Positions 44,960-57,000 of a stretch of 64,000 bases of DNA are shown here, one piece after another. Position 1 is the stretch's first letter. Each line of letters begins with the position of its first letter. Below the pieces are notes generated by a model. That model saw nothing but the letters and a program-made list of their open reading frames with translations, was not told where the DNA came from and did no database searches. The DNA lies in NCBI GenBank assembly GCA_016189025.1, contig JACPGS010000005.1, positions 385 to 64,384 on the forward strand, read 5' to 3'. The position numbers were made by a program, and so were the translations under genes. Source of the DNA: Candidatus Magasanikiibacteriota bacterium (GTDB lineage: Bacteria > Patescibacteriota > Patescibacteriia > Magasanikbacterales > GWA2-37-8).

Positions 44960-46360
44960 ATGGCAGCTGAAAGAATACATTTTATCGGCATTTGCGGGGT
45001 GGCGATGAGCGCCCTGGCGTTGGCGTTTAAGCGGCAGGAGTGGCGGGTAACGGGGAGCGACGTGGGGTTTTATCCGCCGGTTTCTACTCATCTGAAAGAG
45101 GCCGGCATTGATTTTTACCCGGGCTGGCATCCCGATAAAATGATCGCTGACGGGGTGCCGGATTTAGTGGTGGTAGGTAACGTCGCAAGCTCTAATAATC
45201 CCGAATGGCGCTATGTACAGGAACATCAAATTCCCTACCGCTCTTATCCGCAAATTGTAGCCGAGCGCCTGGTGAAAAAGAATTCTATCGTCTGTGCCGG
45301 AACTTTCGGCAAAACCACCTCAACTGCTTTCCTTAGCTGGATTCTGCAGTGCGCCGACTACCGACCTAGTTATCTATTTGGCGGCATCAGCCTAAATACC
45401 GCCGCTCTCCCCTCTGCCTGCCTGGCCGAATCGGAATGGAGCGTGGTGGAAGGCGACGAATACAAAAGCGCGCGCTGGGACGAGCGGCCGAAGTTCGCCC
45501 ACTACTCCCCTACTCACCTGCTGTTAACTTCGGTAGTGTGGGACCATGCCGACCTGTATCCTACTGCCGATGCCTACCGGGCGGCATTCCAGCAATTAGT
45601 TGCCGCGATTCCCCCCGCCGGAGTACGGGTGATTTCGGAAAAAGCTCTGCCGTTGATAAAAGAGCCGGCCGCCGGACAAAATATAATTACTTACGGCGCG
45701 GCGCTCACTAATGATTATCTGTACACCAATGTTGTTCAATCGCCAGCGGGAGTAGAGTTTGACATTGTCCAGGGCGCGGAAAAATTTACGCTCTCTACCG
45801 CGTGCCTCGGCGAATACATGGCCGATAATTTAACCGGCTGCTTTGCCCTGGCGCGCTCCCTCGGTATTGACCCCAAAAAAATAACCAAGGCGATCGCTTC
45901 GTTCCCCGGCCTCAAACGCCGCCTGGAAAAACGCTACCAGGGAACGATTACCATTTTTGACGATATCGCCCATAGCCCGAGCAAAGCCCAGGCAGTACTG
46001 GAATCGCTCCGCGCTATTTACGCGGGGAAAATCATTGCGGTCTTTGAACCTAATACCGGCAACCGCCGCCCCGAGGCGGCCCGCGGTTACGACGGAGCCT
46101 TTGCTGGCGCTGACGAAGTAATTATCCCGCGCCTTACTCACCTAAAAATTGACCCGACGGAACTGGAACCTCCCTTTGCCGGGGACGAACTGGCGCGCAT
46201 TATCGGCGCCACTCACCCCCCGGTGCACTATTTACCGGACGATGAACAATTAATAGAATATCTTAAACAAAAAACACAACCGGACGATGTGGTGGTGTTT
46301 ATGGGCAGCCACGGGTTTAGGGGGATGATTGAAGAATTGATCAAGAAGATAGGCGCCTAG
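44960..46360 (+). CDS. murC: Mur ligase family (UDP-N-acetylmuramate--L-alanine ligase MurC or Mpl-like)
   Basis: HFIGICGVAMSALA N-terminal Rossmann motif, GTFGKTTSTA P-loop. Start taken at MAAERIHF. Confidence 0.75.
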   Translation: MAAERIHFIGICGVAMSALALAFKRQEWRVTGSDVGFYPPVSTHLKEAGIDFYPGWHPDKMIADGVPDLVVVGNVASSNNPEWRYVQEHQIPYRSYPQIVAERLVKKNSIVCAGTFGKTTSTAFLSWILQCADYRPSYLFGGISLNTAALPSACLAESEWSVVEGDEYKSARWDERPKFAHYSPTHLLLTSVVWDHADLYPTADAYRAAFQQLVAAIPPAGVRVISEKALPLIKEPAAGQNIITYGAALTNDYLYTNVVQSPAGVEFDIVQGAEKFTLSTACLGEYMADNLTGCFALARSLGIDPKKITKAIASFPGLKRRLEKRYQGTITIFDDIAHSPSKAQAVLESLRAIYAGKIIAVFEPNTGNRRPEAARGYDGAFAGADEVIIPRLTHLKIDPTELEPPFAGDELARIIGATHPPVHYLPDDEQLIEYLKQKTQPDDVVVFMGSHGFRGMIEELIKKIGA

Positions 46361-46391
46361 ATCGGGATGACGCTCGCCGCCAGGGCCCGCG

Positions 46392-46556
46392 TCACTTCCC
46401 TTCCTCCACCACTTCTGCCAGCCACTGTCCCTTGCCGGTTTCCGTGATCATCAAGGCAATCCCGCACCAGCCGCACTCAATCATATCGTTGTGCTTAAGA
46501 TTAGGAAACCGCGCCAGCTTAACGTCATTTTTACACTCGGGGCAAATTAGTTCCAT
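46392..46556 (-). CDS. 54-aa zinc-ribbon protein, LysW-like (amino-group carrier protein-like)
   Basis: Own translation MELICPECKNDVKLARFPNLKHNDMIECGWCGIALMITETGKGQWLAEVVEEGK. CPEC...CGWCG zinc ribbon and acidic C-terminus. Below the ORF-track size cutoff. Confidence 0.35.
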   Translation of the reverse strand: MELICPECKNDVKLARFPNLKHNDMIECGWCGIALMITETGKGQWLAEVVEEGK

Positions 46557-46604
46557 AAATAGAGAAAATTAAGATTAAGCTTTAATAATAGTATACAACT
46601 TAGA

Positions 46605-47504
46605 TTGCCAATGTCAATGCGAGCGGATATGAAAACTCCCCAACTTCCCTACCCCAAACTCTCCCGCACCCTGGGTATCCCGAGCGAGGTCTGGTTCAAG
46701 CGCGAAGATCTGCATAAATACGGCTCGCATAAGGGACGCTCGCTCCCTTTAATGATTGATACCTACCGCCAGCAAGGTATTACTGATTTTATTATTGCTT
46801 CCTCGGGCAATGCGGCGCTGGCGGCGGCCCGCTATATTCAGACTAAGAATAAGGGGGGGTCAACGCCTCCGCTGACCCTGCAGATGCTGGTCGGCGCCAA
46901 AATTGACCCGGCTAAACTGCGGCTGCTCACCCAAACTACCGATGATAATATTACTTTAGAACAGAGGGAAGACCCTCTGCAAACTGCCTTTAAGCTAGAG
47001 CAAACCGGGCCGGGCAAATGGCTCCGCCAGTCGGCTGATGAATTGGCGCTGGTCGGATACTACGAATTGGCCGGGGAACTTGCCAAAATTCCCCAGTTAT
47101 CCGCCATATTTATTCCTACTTCGAGCGGCACTACCGCCCAAGGCCTGTACGAAGGCTGCCGGCCACTCAAACTCAATCCGCAAATTCACATTATTCAGAC
47201 GGACTATTGCCATCCGATGGTGGAAAAAGAAGAAAAGGAAAAGAGCGAAAGTTCGTTGGCGAAAGCGATTGTGGATCGGGTGGCGCGGCGCAAAGCCAAA
47301 GTTCAAGAAGCGATTAAAAACAGCGGCGGGGCCGGCTGGATTGCCACTGACGCGCAAATCAGCGCGGCGATGAAACTAGTTAAAGAACAAACCGGCCTTA
47401 TTATTTCTCCCAATAGCGCCCTCTCAATGGTCGGCCTGCAACAGGCCATTGCCGCCGGCTGGCGCTGGGAGGGGGCGGTGGTGTGCCTAATTACCGGGGC
47501 TTAA
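46605..47504 (+). CDS. PLP-dependent enzyme, fold type II (tryptophan-synthase-beta / threonine-synthase-like)
   Basis: GSHKGRS lysine region and glycine-rich SSGTTAQG loop. Confidence 0.55.
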   Translation: MPMSMRADMKTPQLPYPKLSRTLGIPSEVWFKREDLHKYGSHKGRSLPLMIDTYRQQGITDFIIASSGNAALAAARYIQTKNKGGSTPPLTLQMLVGAKIDPAKLRLLTQTTDDNITLEQREDPLQTAFKLEQTGPGKWLRQSADELALVGYYELAGELAKIPQLSAIFIPTSSGTTAQGLYEGCRPLKLNPQIHIIQTDYCHPMVEKEEKEKSESSLAKAIVDRVARRKAKVQEAIKNSGGAGWIATDAQISAAMKLVKEQTGLIISPNSALSMVGLQQAIAAGWRWEGAVVCLITGA

Positions 47505-47563
47505 TTATTGGGAATTGCACCGAGCGACCAAGTTAAAGTAATTTTTTTGGCAATTCGCAATAA

Positions 47564-49549
47564 TTATCTACTTAATACCACCACCGCATCTAGTAAACCC
47601 GCGCCGCCGGGGGCAGCGCCTAAAAATAAACTAACCGAGCCGGGCAAAACTGATACCGGAAACTCATTTTGCAATACTCCCCGCCCGGATAAAATTTTCA
47701 CCCGCGGCCGCGCGGGCTGCCCCAGGGCTACTGCCAGCTCAGCCGCGCCGCCGGCTCTAAAATTTCCTACTGCCACGGCCACCGGGCCGTTAATTTTTTT
47801 GCCCCCGGGCTGAAAACGCTGCCGCTCTTTAGTCAACTCTGCGTCATACACTAAAACTTCGGCCGCTCTCCCGCCGCCGGTGCCGAATACTACTTCGGGC
47901 TTGCCATCGCCATCAAGATCGCCGGCCGCCACCGCAAACCCGCCGCGATATTTTTTGCCGAGCGGAAAAATACTTTCCCCTAACTGTTTACCGTAATAAG
48001 CATAACGCTGCACCTCTCCATTATTGCTGCCGGCAATAATCAGCTCCACGGGGCGATCGGCCGCGCTCCGCACTACGGAGAGGCGCAGCGTGCCGCGGAA
48101 ATTGGCGCCGAACGGATAATCATTAAACCAGCGCTCACCGCGGCTGTTAAAAATTTCCAATTTTGGCCCGGTCGCGATAATTTGCTCCGCCCCGGGCGCG
48201 CCGTCCAGGTCGCCCTGGTAAATCACCGCGCTACCGACGTAACCATCCCGAAAGGAAAAAAACCCGTTGCGGGCGCGCGCTCCCTCGCCGGTAAAAAATC
48301 GGACAAACGAACCGTTCACAAACGGCACCGCCGAAAGCGATTGGGTGGTGCGCAATAGCAATAATCCGTCGCGGGGCGGCAGGCTGACCTCCTCGCTGAT
48401 TGACCCATCATTCGTCTCTGGGTCTTGTTTGCCGATCAGCCGCTCAAACTCGCCGCCGAGCGCCACTTCCTGCGCTTCGTTCGTGGCATTAACTAAAGCT
48501 AAGCCACCCTGATAATCGCGCCGCCACACGCCCTCCGAAAAATTATCACTATCCGCGGGCGATGTTGCAGGGGCCGCCACCGCACCCAGCGGCACGTCGT
48601 ACTCGTCGTACCACCAAATTTGGTGGTGGCTCTCGGTGCCGTGATCAAAACTAAAATAAACGTCGTCCAACAGGAGCGCGCTGGTAAGTCCAAAGCGCAT
48701 CCGGCGCCAGTCCAGGCGATTCCCGGTATTATTGGTATTGGCATTAAACACGGTAAGGAGCGGCGCCCGGTTTTGTTTTTGATTGACCTGGAGTTTATTC
48801 ATCAGCCCTCCCCAGGACCCGTGCGCCTCCCAAGGGGTAGGAAAATTTTCGTACAACCGTCCGTTGACAGACGGCTGAAAAACGCGGTCCGAACTGCCGT
48901 TAATCACCAAATAACGAACACCCAGTTTTTCCTGTGCCCGGGTAAGCAAATACTCAATCCGGCGCGCCCATTCCGTATCCAGACTGCCCGGTTCATCGCG
49001 TATCCCGTTGCGGTCAAGATCAAGGTCTCCCTGGTTAAACCAGGAAATTCCGTCATACACCACGTCAAAAAATACCCCGTCCCATACGCCGGCCGATAAA
49101 ATTTTATCGCGCACAAAATCAACCAGATAATCGCTCCAGCCGGCGCTCATATTGGTGCTCAAATGCCCGGGCCAATCCGAAGTAATCCGCCCGGCGCTGT
49201 CTTTTAGCCACCATTCAGGGTTTACCGTAAATCCGTTATAAACAGTATTCCCCGGATAAACTTCCCATTCGGTCAGATAACTTTTGCTCGGCACATAAGC
49301 GAGCAGAATAATTGATGGGTTACGTTGCTTAATATCATTAATTACCTCTTGGCTTACCACTGCCTGTTCTGGTGTTAAAATTAAAACATGATAACGCGCC
49401 AGGGTGGCGATACTGGCTTCGTCGGTGGGCAACGTGCCCAAAAAATAGTTGGCCAAAAGCGGCGCCGCGGCCGCCCGCACCGGCGAAAAAAGAAAGGGCC
49501 CCAGGAGCCCCCCACTGATTAAAACTGTACTAATGATTTTACGTCCCAT
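47564..49549 (-). CDS. secreted glycoside-hydrolase-like (GHL-type TIM barrel) protein with C-terminal FG-GAP repeats
   Basis: Signal peptide; central domain resembling putative glycosyl hydrolase-like family; GDLDGDGKPEVV FG-GAP motif. Confidence 0.5.
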   Translation of the reverse strand: MGRKIISTVLISGGLLGPFLFSPVRAAAAPLLANYFLGTLPTDEASIATLARYHVLILTPEQAVVSQEVINDIKQRNPSIILLAYVPSKSYLTEWEVYPGNTVYNGFTVNPEWWLKDSAGRITSDWPGHLSTNMSAGWSDYLVDFVRDKILSAGVWDGVFFDVVYDGISWFNQGDLDLDRNGIRDEPGSLDTEWARRIEYLLTRAQEKLGVRYLVINGSSDRVFQPSVNGRLYENFPTPWEAHGSWGGLMNKLQVNQKQNRAPLLTVFNANTNNTGNRLDWRRMRFGLTSALLLDDVYFSFDHGTESHHQIWWYDEYDVPLGAVAAPATSPADSDNFSEGVWRRDYQGGLALVNATNEAQEVALGGEFERLIGKQDPETNDGSISEEVSLPPRDGLLLLRTTQSLSAVPFVNGSFVRFFTGEGARARNGFFSFRDGYVGSAVIYQGDLDGAPGAEQIIATGPKLEIFNSRGERWFNDYPFGANFRGTLRLSVVRSAADRPVELIIAGSNNGEVQRYAYYGKQLGESIFPLGKKYRGGFAVAAGDLDGDGKPEVVFGTGGGRAAEVLVYDAELTKERQRFQPGGKKINGPVAVAVGNFRAGGAAELAVALGQPARPRVKILSGRGVLQNEFPVSVLPGSVSLFLGAAPGGAGLLDAVVVLSR

Positions 49550-49597
49550 AAGTTTGTGGTAGTATAGAGAAAACCAATAAGATAATCAACTGCCCCT

Positions 49598-50873
49598 GTG
49601 AAAAAACTTTTACTCTTGCTCGCCGCCCTGGCGGCGTTCATTATCCTCAACCCCTATGGCGGCCTGGATATTCTGGCCGGGCTAGTGGTAATCGGTCTGC
49701 TGCTTTACCATTTGGTAGGCGACTATGCAATACTAGCACTAATCGCCATCCGCCCCACGGTTGACCTCTGGCGCGACTATATTGTAGTAAGCACCGAGGA
49801 GTTTACCGTTAATCTTAATGCCGCTCTTTCCTTGCTGCTGGCCCTTTGGGCAATCTACTTTTTGGTCAAGGAATATCAGCGTCGGAAAAATTTACCAGGC
49901 AAATATTTACTGATAATCTTTATCGCCTGGAGTATGGCAACGCTGATTTGGAGCGTGGATCGTTTGTCCACCGTCACCGAAACCTTAAAAATTTTTAATC
50001 TGGGCGCGCTCTTCGCCATAGGTTTTATTTTGTCCCGGCGTGATGGCGCGCGATTCTTGGCTAAACTAACGCCGGCCTTGGCGCTCGGCAGCATCCCTCC
50101 CCTTGCTACGGCGCTCTATCAGCTGGCAACCGGCGGCGGGCAAACCATTGACGAAATTCCCGGCCGCCTGTTCGGTACCCTGGCTCACCCTAATGTCCTG
50201 GCTTTCCTCGGCCTGACGCTAATTTTTCTGTTGGCGCACCAGTCGCTGCAAAAACAGGCGCCGCCGCCACTTTTCCCCCAGCCAGTTACCCGCCTGGCGC
50301 TCGGCATCCTCCTGGCGATTACCCTGTTTACCTATACCCGCGTTGCCTGGCTCGGGGCAGTGATATTTTTCGCGCTGCTGGCCGCCCCCCTTCAACCGCT
50401 GGCTCGCTGACCGCAGCGGCTTGGATTTAACCGCGCTGCCGGTAATCGCTCGCCTTACTACCAGGACCCTAGGCGCTGATTCCCTTGCCTGGCGCCTGGA
50501 ACTGGCGGAAAAAATTCTACCCGTGGCCCTGGCTCGCCCGATTCATGGCTACGGGTACGGAACCTTTGCCACGGTCTGGGATAATCACAAGGGAGTTAAA
50601 AATATCTGGGACGATTCGTCCGAAGCCCATAATGATTATCTGAAATTGTTTGTGGAGGTAGGAGCGGTGGGCCTGATTTTCTATCTGGCGTTTTTTATTA
50701 TCCTGTTACGCGCCGCCGTCCAGCAAATAAGAACACACGGCTGGACACGAATTGTGTTCATGGGGAGCCTGGCGATTTATCTTATTCTTTCCCTCTCCGA
50801 CAACATGCTCCACCACACGCCGGTGGGCTGGTGGCTGTTTACGCTTTGGGGAGCCTGGGCCGGGGAAACTTAA
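49598..50873 (+). pseudogene. O-antigen ligase-like (Wzy_C/WaaL family) membrane protein split by a frameshift at a C6 homopolymer
   Basis: Two ORFs (49598..50410 and 50421..50873) lie in different frames. Removing one C from the CCCCCC tract at 50385..50390 fuses them: ...LAAPFNRWLADRSGLDLTALPV.... The downstream part carries PIHGYGYGTFA. Confidence 0.55.
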
Positions 50874-51096
50874 AGCCGAGGCAATTCCCCTACTGCTGCT
50901 TTCCCCGGCGGGAAAGCAAAAGTCGGGGAGGGAAGGAGGGCAGCAAGATCAATCAAAAGCAATCAATGCTAGCGCCACCTCGCCCTTCCTTCCCCAATAT
51001 ATATTTTCTCCTGCGCGTTACTCGTACACGCCGCGCAGATCAGGTGTAGTCTTTGCCTCGGGTAAGCGTGCTACTTGGCCCGGGGCTGTTGGCGGA

Positions 51097-54000
51097 CTAG
51101 TTGCAGCCGTCGTCTACGACGCCGTTGCAGTTATTGTCATACTGGTCGCACCACTCGGTAGAACCCGGGTGGTTGTGGTACGACCCGTCAGTGACAAACG
51201 AGAACCCCTGCAAAGGCGTTGAATCGGACGGGTTGTCGTCGCAGTCGCCGCCTTGGAGGTCGGCAACCGCGATTGCCGGGTTGCGACTGCCGGTACAGGG
51301 CGCCACTTCACAGAACCCATCGCCGTCGTCATCCCAGCTATCGCAGGTGGTGTCCGGCAACGGCCCGCCGCCCGCGCCCGATGCCCGCAGCGGCGTCAGC
51401 CCGTGCTGATCCAAGCAAACACCGGCGAGATCGGTGCCGGTCAGGTCTCGGCCGGTCAGGTCGCTCCCGGCAAGATCTGCCGCGGGACTGCCATCCGCTG
51501 CCCCGCCCGTGAGGTCGCTCGTGAGGTCAGAGGCCGCTGCAGTCAGGTCGCCGGCGCTTGCGAGGTCAGGGGCAACGGATTGATCCAGAAACACCAACCG
51601 ATCTGCTGCGACCGTGAGATCCGTTGCTACAGCGCTGTCACCCACTGCCGAAAAATCGGCTACGCCTCCGACACCATCCGCGCCCGTGAGATCCGGCAAC
51701 GACGACAGATCCATCGCCAGCGCCCCGTCCGCCATCGTGAGGTCTGGTACAACCGTAAGATCAGGCCCTACCGTAAGATCAGGCAGAACTGCCAGATCGG
51801 GCGGAGGCGTGAGGTCATTCGGAGGCAATTCGAGATCCGGCGAAGAAACGACCGCATCCGGCGGAACACCGAGATCCGGTGAGGGGCCGCTGGCATCACC
51901 GACGCCGCCATCCCCTACTGTCGCACATACCCCGCCGACGCAGGCGCCACTCGCGCAGTCGCCCGCGCTCGCGCAACGCGCTCCTATGGGACAACCCAGG
52001 CAACTCCCGCCACCGCAGTCAAGGTCGCTCTCGCTGCCGTTCCGGACGCTGTCGCTGCAGGTTGGCGGCCGGCAGGTGTTGTTGGTGCAGACGCCGCTGG
52101 CACAATCCAGGGCGCCGCCACAACTCATGCCGTCCGGACAGCCCGGGCAAGCACCGCCGCCGCAGTCCACGTTAGTCTCAAAGCCATTCCGGAAACCGTC
52201 GTTACACGACGACACGCAGACGTTGTTGGTGCACACATCGCTCGTACAATCCGAGCCATGCTGACACCCCTTGCCGTCCACGCACCGGCCGCACACGCCG
52301 CCGCCGCAATCCACGTCCGTTTCCTGCCCATTTACTGCCCCATCCGAGCAGGTGGCAATATCATGGCACGTTCCGCCGACACAGCTCATCCCTGCCGGGC
52401 AGACTTCCCCGCAAGCGCCGCAATTGGCATTGGTGCCAAGGGTGGTTTCGCAGCCGTCAGTGCGCTTGCTGCCGTTGCAATCCGCGAACCCGCTGGCGCA
52501 GGCACCGGTGCACTGGCCGCCAACGCATAGCCGGATAACGAGGTTGAGGCCCGAGCAGACTTGCCCGCAGCCTCCGCAGTGGTCCGGATCCGAGGTAGTG
52601 TTTACCTCGCAGCCGTCCAGAGCGTGATCGCTGTTGCAATCCGCAAAGCCAGGCGAACAGGTGCCGCGGCAAACTCCTGTGGTGCAGGTGCGGAGGGTGA
52701 TGTTCTGCGTGGAGCAGATTACCCCGCAGGCGCCGCAGTTCTCCACGTCGCCGTCGGTGTAACTTTCGCACCCGTCAGTGACATTGCTGTTGCAATCAGC
52801 GTAGCCGGCGTTGCCCCGGGTAAACCCGCACTGACCGTTGGTACAGGCGGGATTGGCATTGGGAGTGAGGCAGGGTTGACTGCAAACGCCGCAGTTCGCG
52901 AGGTCGGAATTCAGGTTGACCTCGCAGCCGTCGCGGCGCTTATCGCCGTTGCAATCCGCGAAGCCGGCGCTGCAGGCCCCACCGCAAACGCCAACCGTAC
53001 AGGTAGGCGCCGCGATGTTGTTGCCCGAGCACTCCGCCCCGCAACCACTGCAATGGCGCGGATCGGCGTTGACGTTCACCTCGCAGCCGTCGCGGCGCTG
53101 GTCAGCGTTGCAGTCGGCGAAGCCGGAAAGGCAATCGCCGGCGCAAGCGCCTTCCACGCACCGCAACATCGAGATGTTTACGCCCGAGCAGGTGTTCCCG
53201 CAGCCGCCGCAGTTGCCTACGTCAGTAGCGGTATTCACCTCGCAGCCGTTCCCCGCCGCGCCGTCGCAGTTGGCGTATCCGCTGTTGCAGGTCGCCACCT
53301 GGCAGGCGCCGCCGAAGCAGGCTGGCGTACCGTTCGCTGCGAAGCAAGCAATGCCGCACGCCCCGCAGTTGCCCACGTGGCGCTCGAGCTCTACTTCGCA
53401 GCCGTCGCTCGGATTGCTGTTGCAGTCCGCGAAGCCGGCGCTGCAGCTTGCCACCTGGCAGGCGCCGTTGGTACAGACCGGCGTGCCGTTGGCGACGACA
53501 CAGACCTTGCCGCAGGCGCCGCAATTATTGAGGTCGCGGGCGGTTTCGGTCTCACAGCCGTCCAGCTGCTTGTTGGCATTGCAGTCGGAGAATCCTGAAG
53601 CGCAGGCGCCGATACAGCTACCGGTAGAGCAGGTCGGCGCGACGTGATTTGCCGAGCAGACCGCGCCGCAGGCGCCGCAAGCGTCCTTGTTCAGGGTGAG
53701 GCTGGTCTCACAGCCGTCCGCGGCGCTGCTGTTGCAGTCCGCGAAGCCGGCGGAACAGGAGACTATCGTACAAGCTCCTCCGATGCAGTTGGAGGCGCCA
53801 TTGGGATTCAGGCACGCGCGGCTACAGACGCCGCAGTGCTGATTATCACTCCGCAGATCCACCTCGCAACCGTCGGCCGGATTGTTATTGCAATCCGCGA
53901 AGCCGGCGGCGCACTGCCCGATGACGCACGCCCCGCCCACACAGACCGGAGTGGCATTCGGCAGAGCGCACACCTTGCCACAGCCGCCGCAGTTGCCTAC

Positions 54001-57000
54001 GTCAGTAGCGGTATTCACTTCGCAGCCGTCCAGGCGCTTGTTGCCGTTGCAATCCGCGAAACCAGCGGCGCAGACGCCTGCCTCGCACGAACTCGCCGCA
54101 CAAGAGGCGGCGATATTCTGGGTGCTACAGGCCGACCCACACCCGCCGCAGCTCGTGGTGCTCGTCGCGAGGTTCGTCTCACACCCGTCGGCCGCATCCG
54201 CGTTGCAGTTGGCGTACCCCGCGTTGCAGGAGGCGATGTTGCACTTGCCTACCGAACACGCCGGCGTACCGTTTGCCGCCACGCAGCTTACCCCGCAGCC
54301 GCCGCAGTTCTCCGCGTCGCTTGCGAGGTTTGCCTCGCACCCGTCGCCCGACCAGCCGTTGCAGTCCTGGAAACCAGAGTGGCAGGAGGCGATCCCGCAA
54401 AAGCTACTGAAAAAGCCAGGGAAACACCCAGCGGTACCGTTCGGAGCCGAACACCGCACGCCGCAGAACCCGCAGTTATTGGGGTCAGCCGCGATGTTGG
54501 TTTCGCACCCCGTTCCGTACGCGCCGTCGCAGTCCGCAAAGCCAGGGTCGCACCCACCACTGATGGTGCAGGATCCTCCCCAACACATGGGGAGACCGTG
54601 CGCCGGCGGCGAGCAGACATTGCCACAGCTGCCACAGTTGCGCAGGTCGTAAAGAGTATTTACCTCGCAACCGTTACTTGGATTGCGGTCGCAATCCGCA
54701 TAACCGGAGTAACAGCTGGTAAGGGTACACTCCCCGCCGAGGCAGCTAGAAGTGCCGCCGAAGCGGGAACACGCCGCCCCGCAAGCGCCGCAGTTGCCGG
54801 CATTGCTCATGAGGTTGGTCTCGCAGCCGTCCGAGAGATTCGCATTGCAGTCCGCGAACCCGACGGAGCAGCCGACGAAGACACAGGAACCGGCCGAACA
54901 GACCGAGGCGCCATTCGCGAACAGACAGAGCCGTCCGCAGGCGCCGCAGTGCTGGGCGTTGATGCGGGTGTCAACTTCACACCCGTCCGCCGCCATGCCG
55001 TTGCAGTCCGCGAAGCCGGCAGCGCACGAGCCGACCGCGCACGCGCCGTTCAAACAAACAGCCGCGGCGTTCGGGAGTGAACACACTGCTCCGCACCCGC
55101 CGCAGTTCCGGACGTCGCTCATTGTATCGGTCTCGCAGCCGTCCGCGGCGCTGCTGTTGCAGTCCGCGAAGCCGACGGAACAGGAAACGATCGTGCAAGC
55201 CCCTCCGATACAGCGGGAGGCGCCGTTGGGATTCAGGCACGCGCGGCTACAGACGCCGCAGTGCTGGTTGTCGCTGCGGAGATCCGCCTCGCAGCCGTCC
55301 GAGAGATTCGCATTGCAGTCCGCGAACCCGACGGAGCAGCCGACGAAGACACAGGAACCGGCCGAACAGACCGAGGCGCCATTGGCGAACAGGCACAGCC
55401 GTCCGCAGGCGCCGCAGTTGGTGGCGCTGGTTGCGAGGTTGGTCTCGCAGCCATCCGCCACCACGCCGTTGCAGTCCGCGAAGCCAGGAGCACACGCCCC
55501 GATGGCGCACGCGCCGTTCAAACAAACAGCCGCGGCGTTCGGGAGTGAACACACTGCTCCGCACCCGCCGCAGTTCCGGACGTCGCTCATCGTGTCCATT
55601 TCGCAGCCGTCTAGACGCTTACTGCTGTTGCAGTCCGCGAAGCCCGGGAAGCATCCGCCGCCCTCGCACGAGCCGCTCTCGCAGGAGGCGACGATGTTCC
55701 GGGTGGAACACGCCGACCCGCAGCCGCCGCAGCTGGCGAGGGTGGTATTCAGGTTGACCTCGCAGCCGTCGGAGGCCTTACCGTTGCAGTCCGCGAAGCC
55801 GGTCTGGCAGGAGGCGACTGTACAGGCTCCACCCGCGCAGCCCGCAGCGCCATTCGCAATCACGCAGGCGTGGCCGCAGACGCCGCAGTTGCTGGGGTGG
55901 TTCTGGATGTTCACTTCACAGCCGTTCGCGACGTTGCCGTCGCAATCGGCAAAGCCCGCTTTGCACGAGCTAATACCGCACACTCCGCTGGCGCAGAGGG
56001 GGTTGGCGTTGGGAGGGGAAGGACACGGCTGGTTGCACCCGCCGCAGTGCGCCAGGTCGCGCGTGGTATCCACGCAGCGTCCCTGGCACTGGGCAAGCTC
56101 GGTCGGACACGGCTCACAGACGCCGAAGTGGCAGGTGCCGCTCCGGCAATCCGCGCCCGTGAGGCAATCCGAGAAGTCGCGGCACGGCAGGCACGCGCCG
56201 CCGCAGTCCACGTCAGTCTCTAGGCCATTCTTGATGCCGTCGCTACAGACCGGCGCCTGGCAGACGCCCCCGAGGCAAAGCCCGGAGGAACAGTCAGCCG
56301 CTAGTTCGCAGGAAAATCCCGGCTGACAGGCCGGACACCCGCCGCCGCAGTCCACGTCGGTTTCACGGCCGTTCTTCACGCTGTCGTGGCAGCTCGGCGC
56401 TGCGCAGCGGAGCGTCGGCAGATTGCAGACGCCGCTCACGCAGTCCGCGCCCAGGAAGCAGCGCTTACCGTCCGGACAGGGAGCACACAGCGGCCCCCCG
56501 CAATCCACATCGGTTTCGCTGCCGTTGGGGAACGACATGGTAGCGCCGTCCGCGCAACTCGGCTGGGGAGTGCAGAAAAGGTTGAAGCAGTTCCCAGTCA
56601 GGCAATCACGCCCCACCAGGCACTCCTGCCCAGCCTCACAGCGCCCGCACTTCCCGCCGCCGCAGTCCGCATCGGTTTCCAAGCCATTCTTCACGCCGTC
56701 GCGACACGTCGGGATGCACTCGCGGTTATTGCAGGTGAAGTTCCCCGTGGGCGCGCAGGCATACCAGCACGACCCACAGTTGTTCGCGTCATTCGCGAGG
56801 TTCACCTCGCAGCCGTCTATGGCATTCGCGTTGCAGTTCGCGAATCCAGGCTTGCAGGAAACGTCGCAGGTGCCGGAAACGCACACCGGATATCCCTGCG
56901 CCGATAGCGGACAGCGATTGCCGCAACCGTCGCAGTTGCGCGGGTCAACGTCGATGTTCGTCTCGCAGCCGTTGCCGACGTCGCCGTCGCAATCCGTGAA

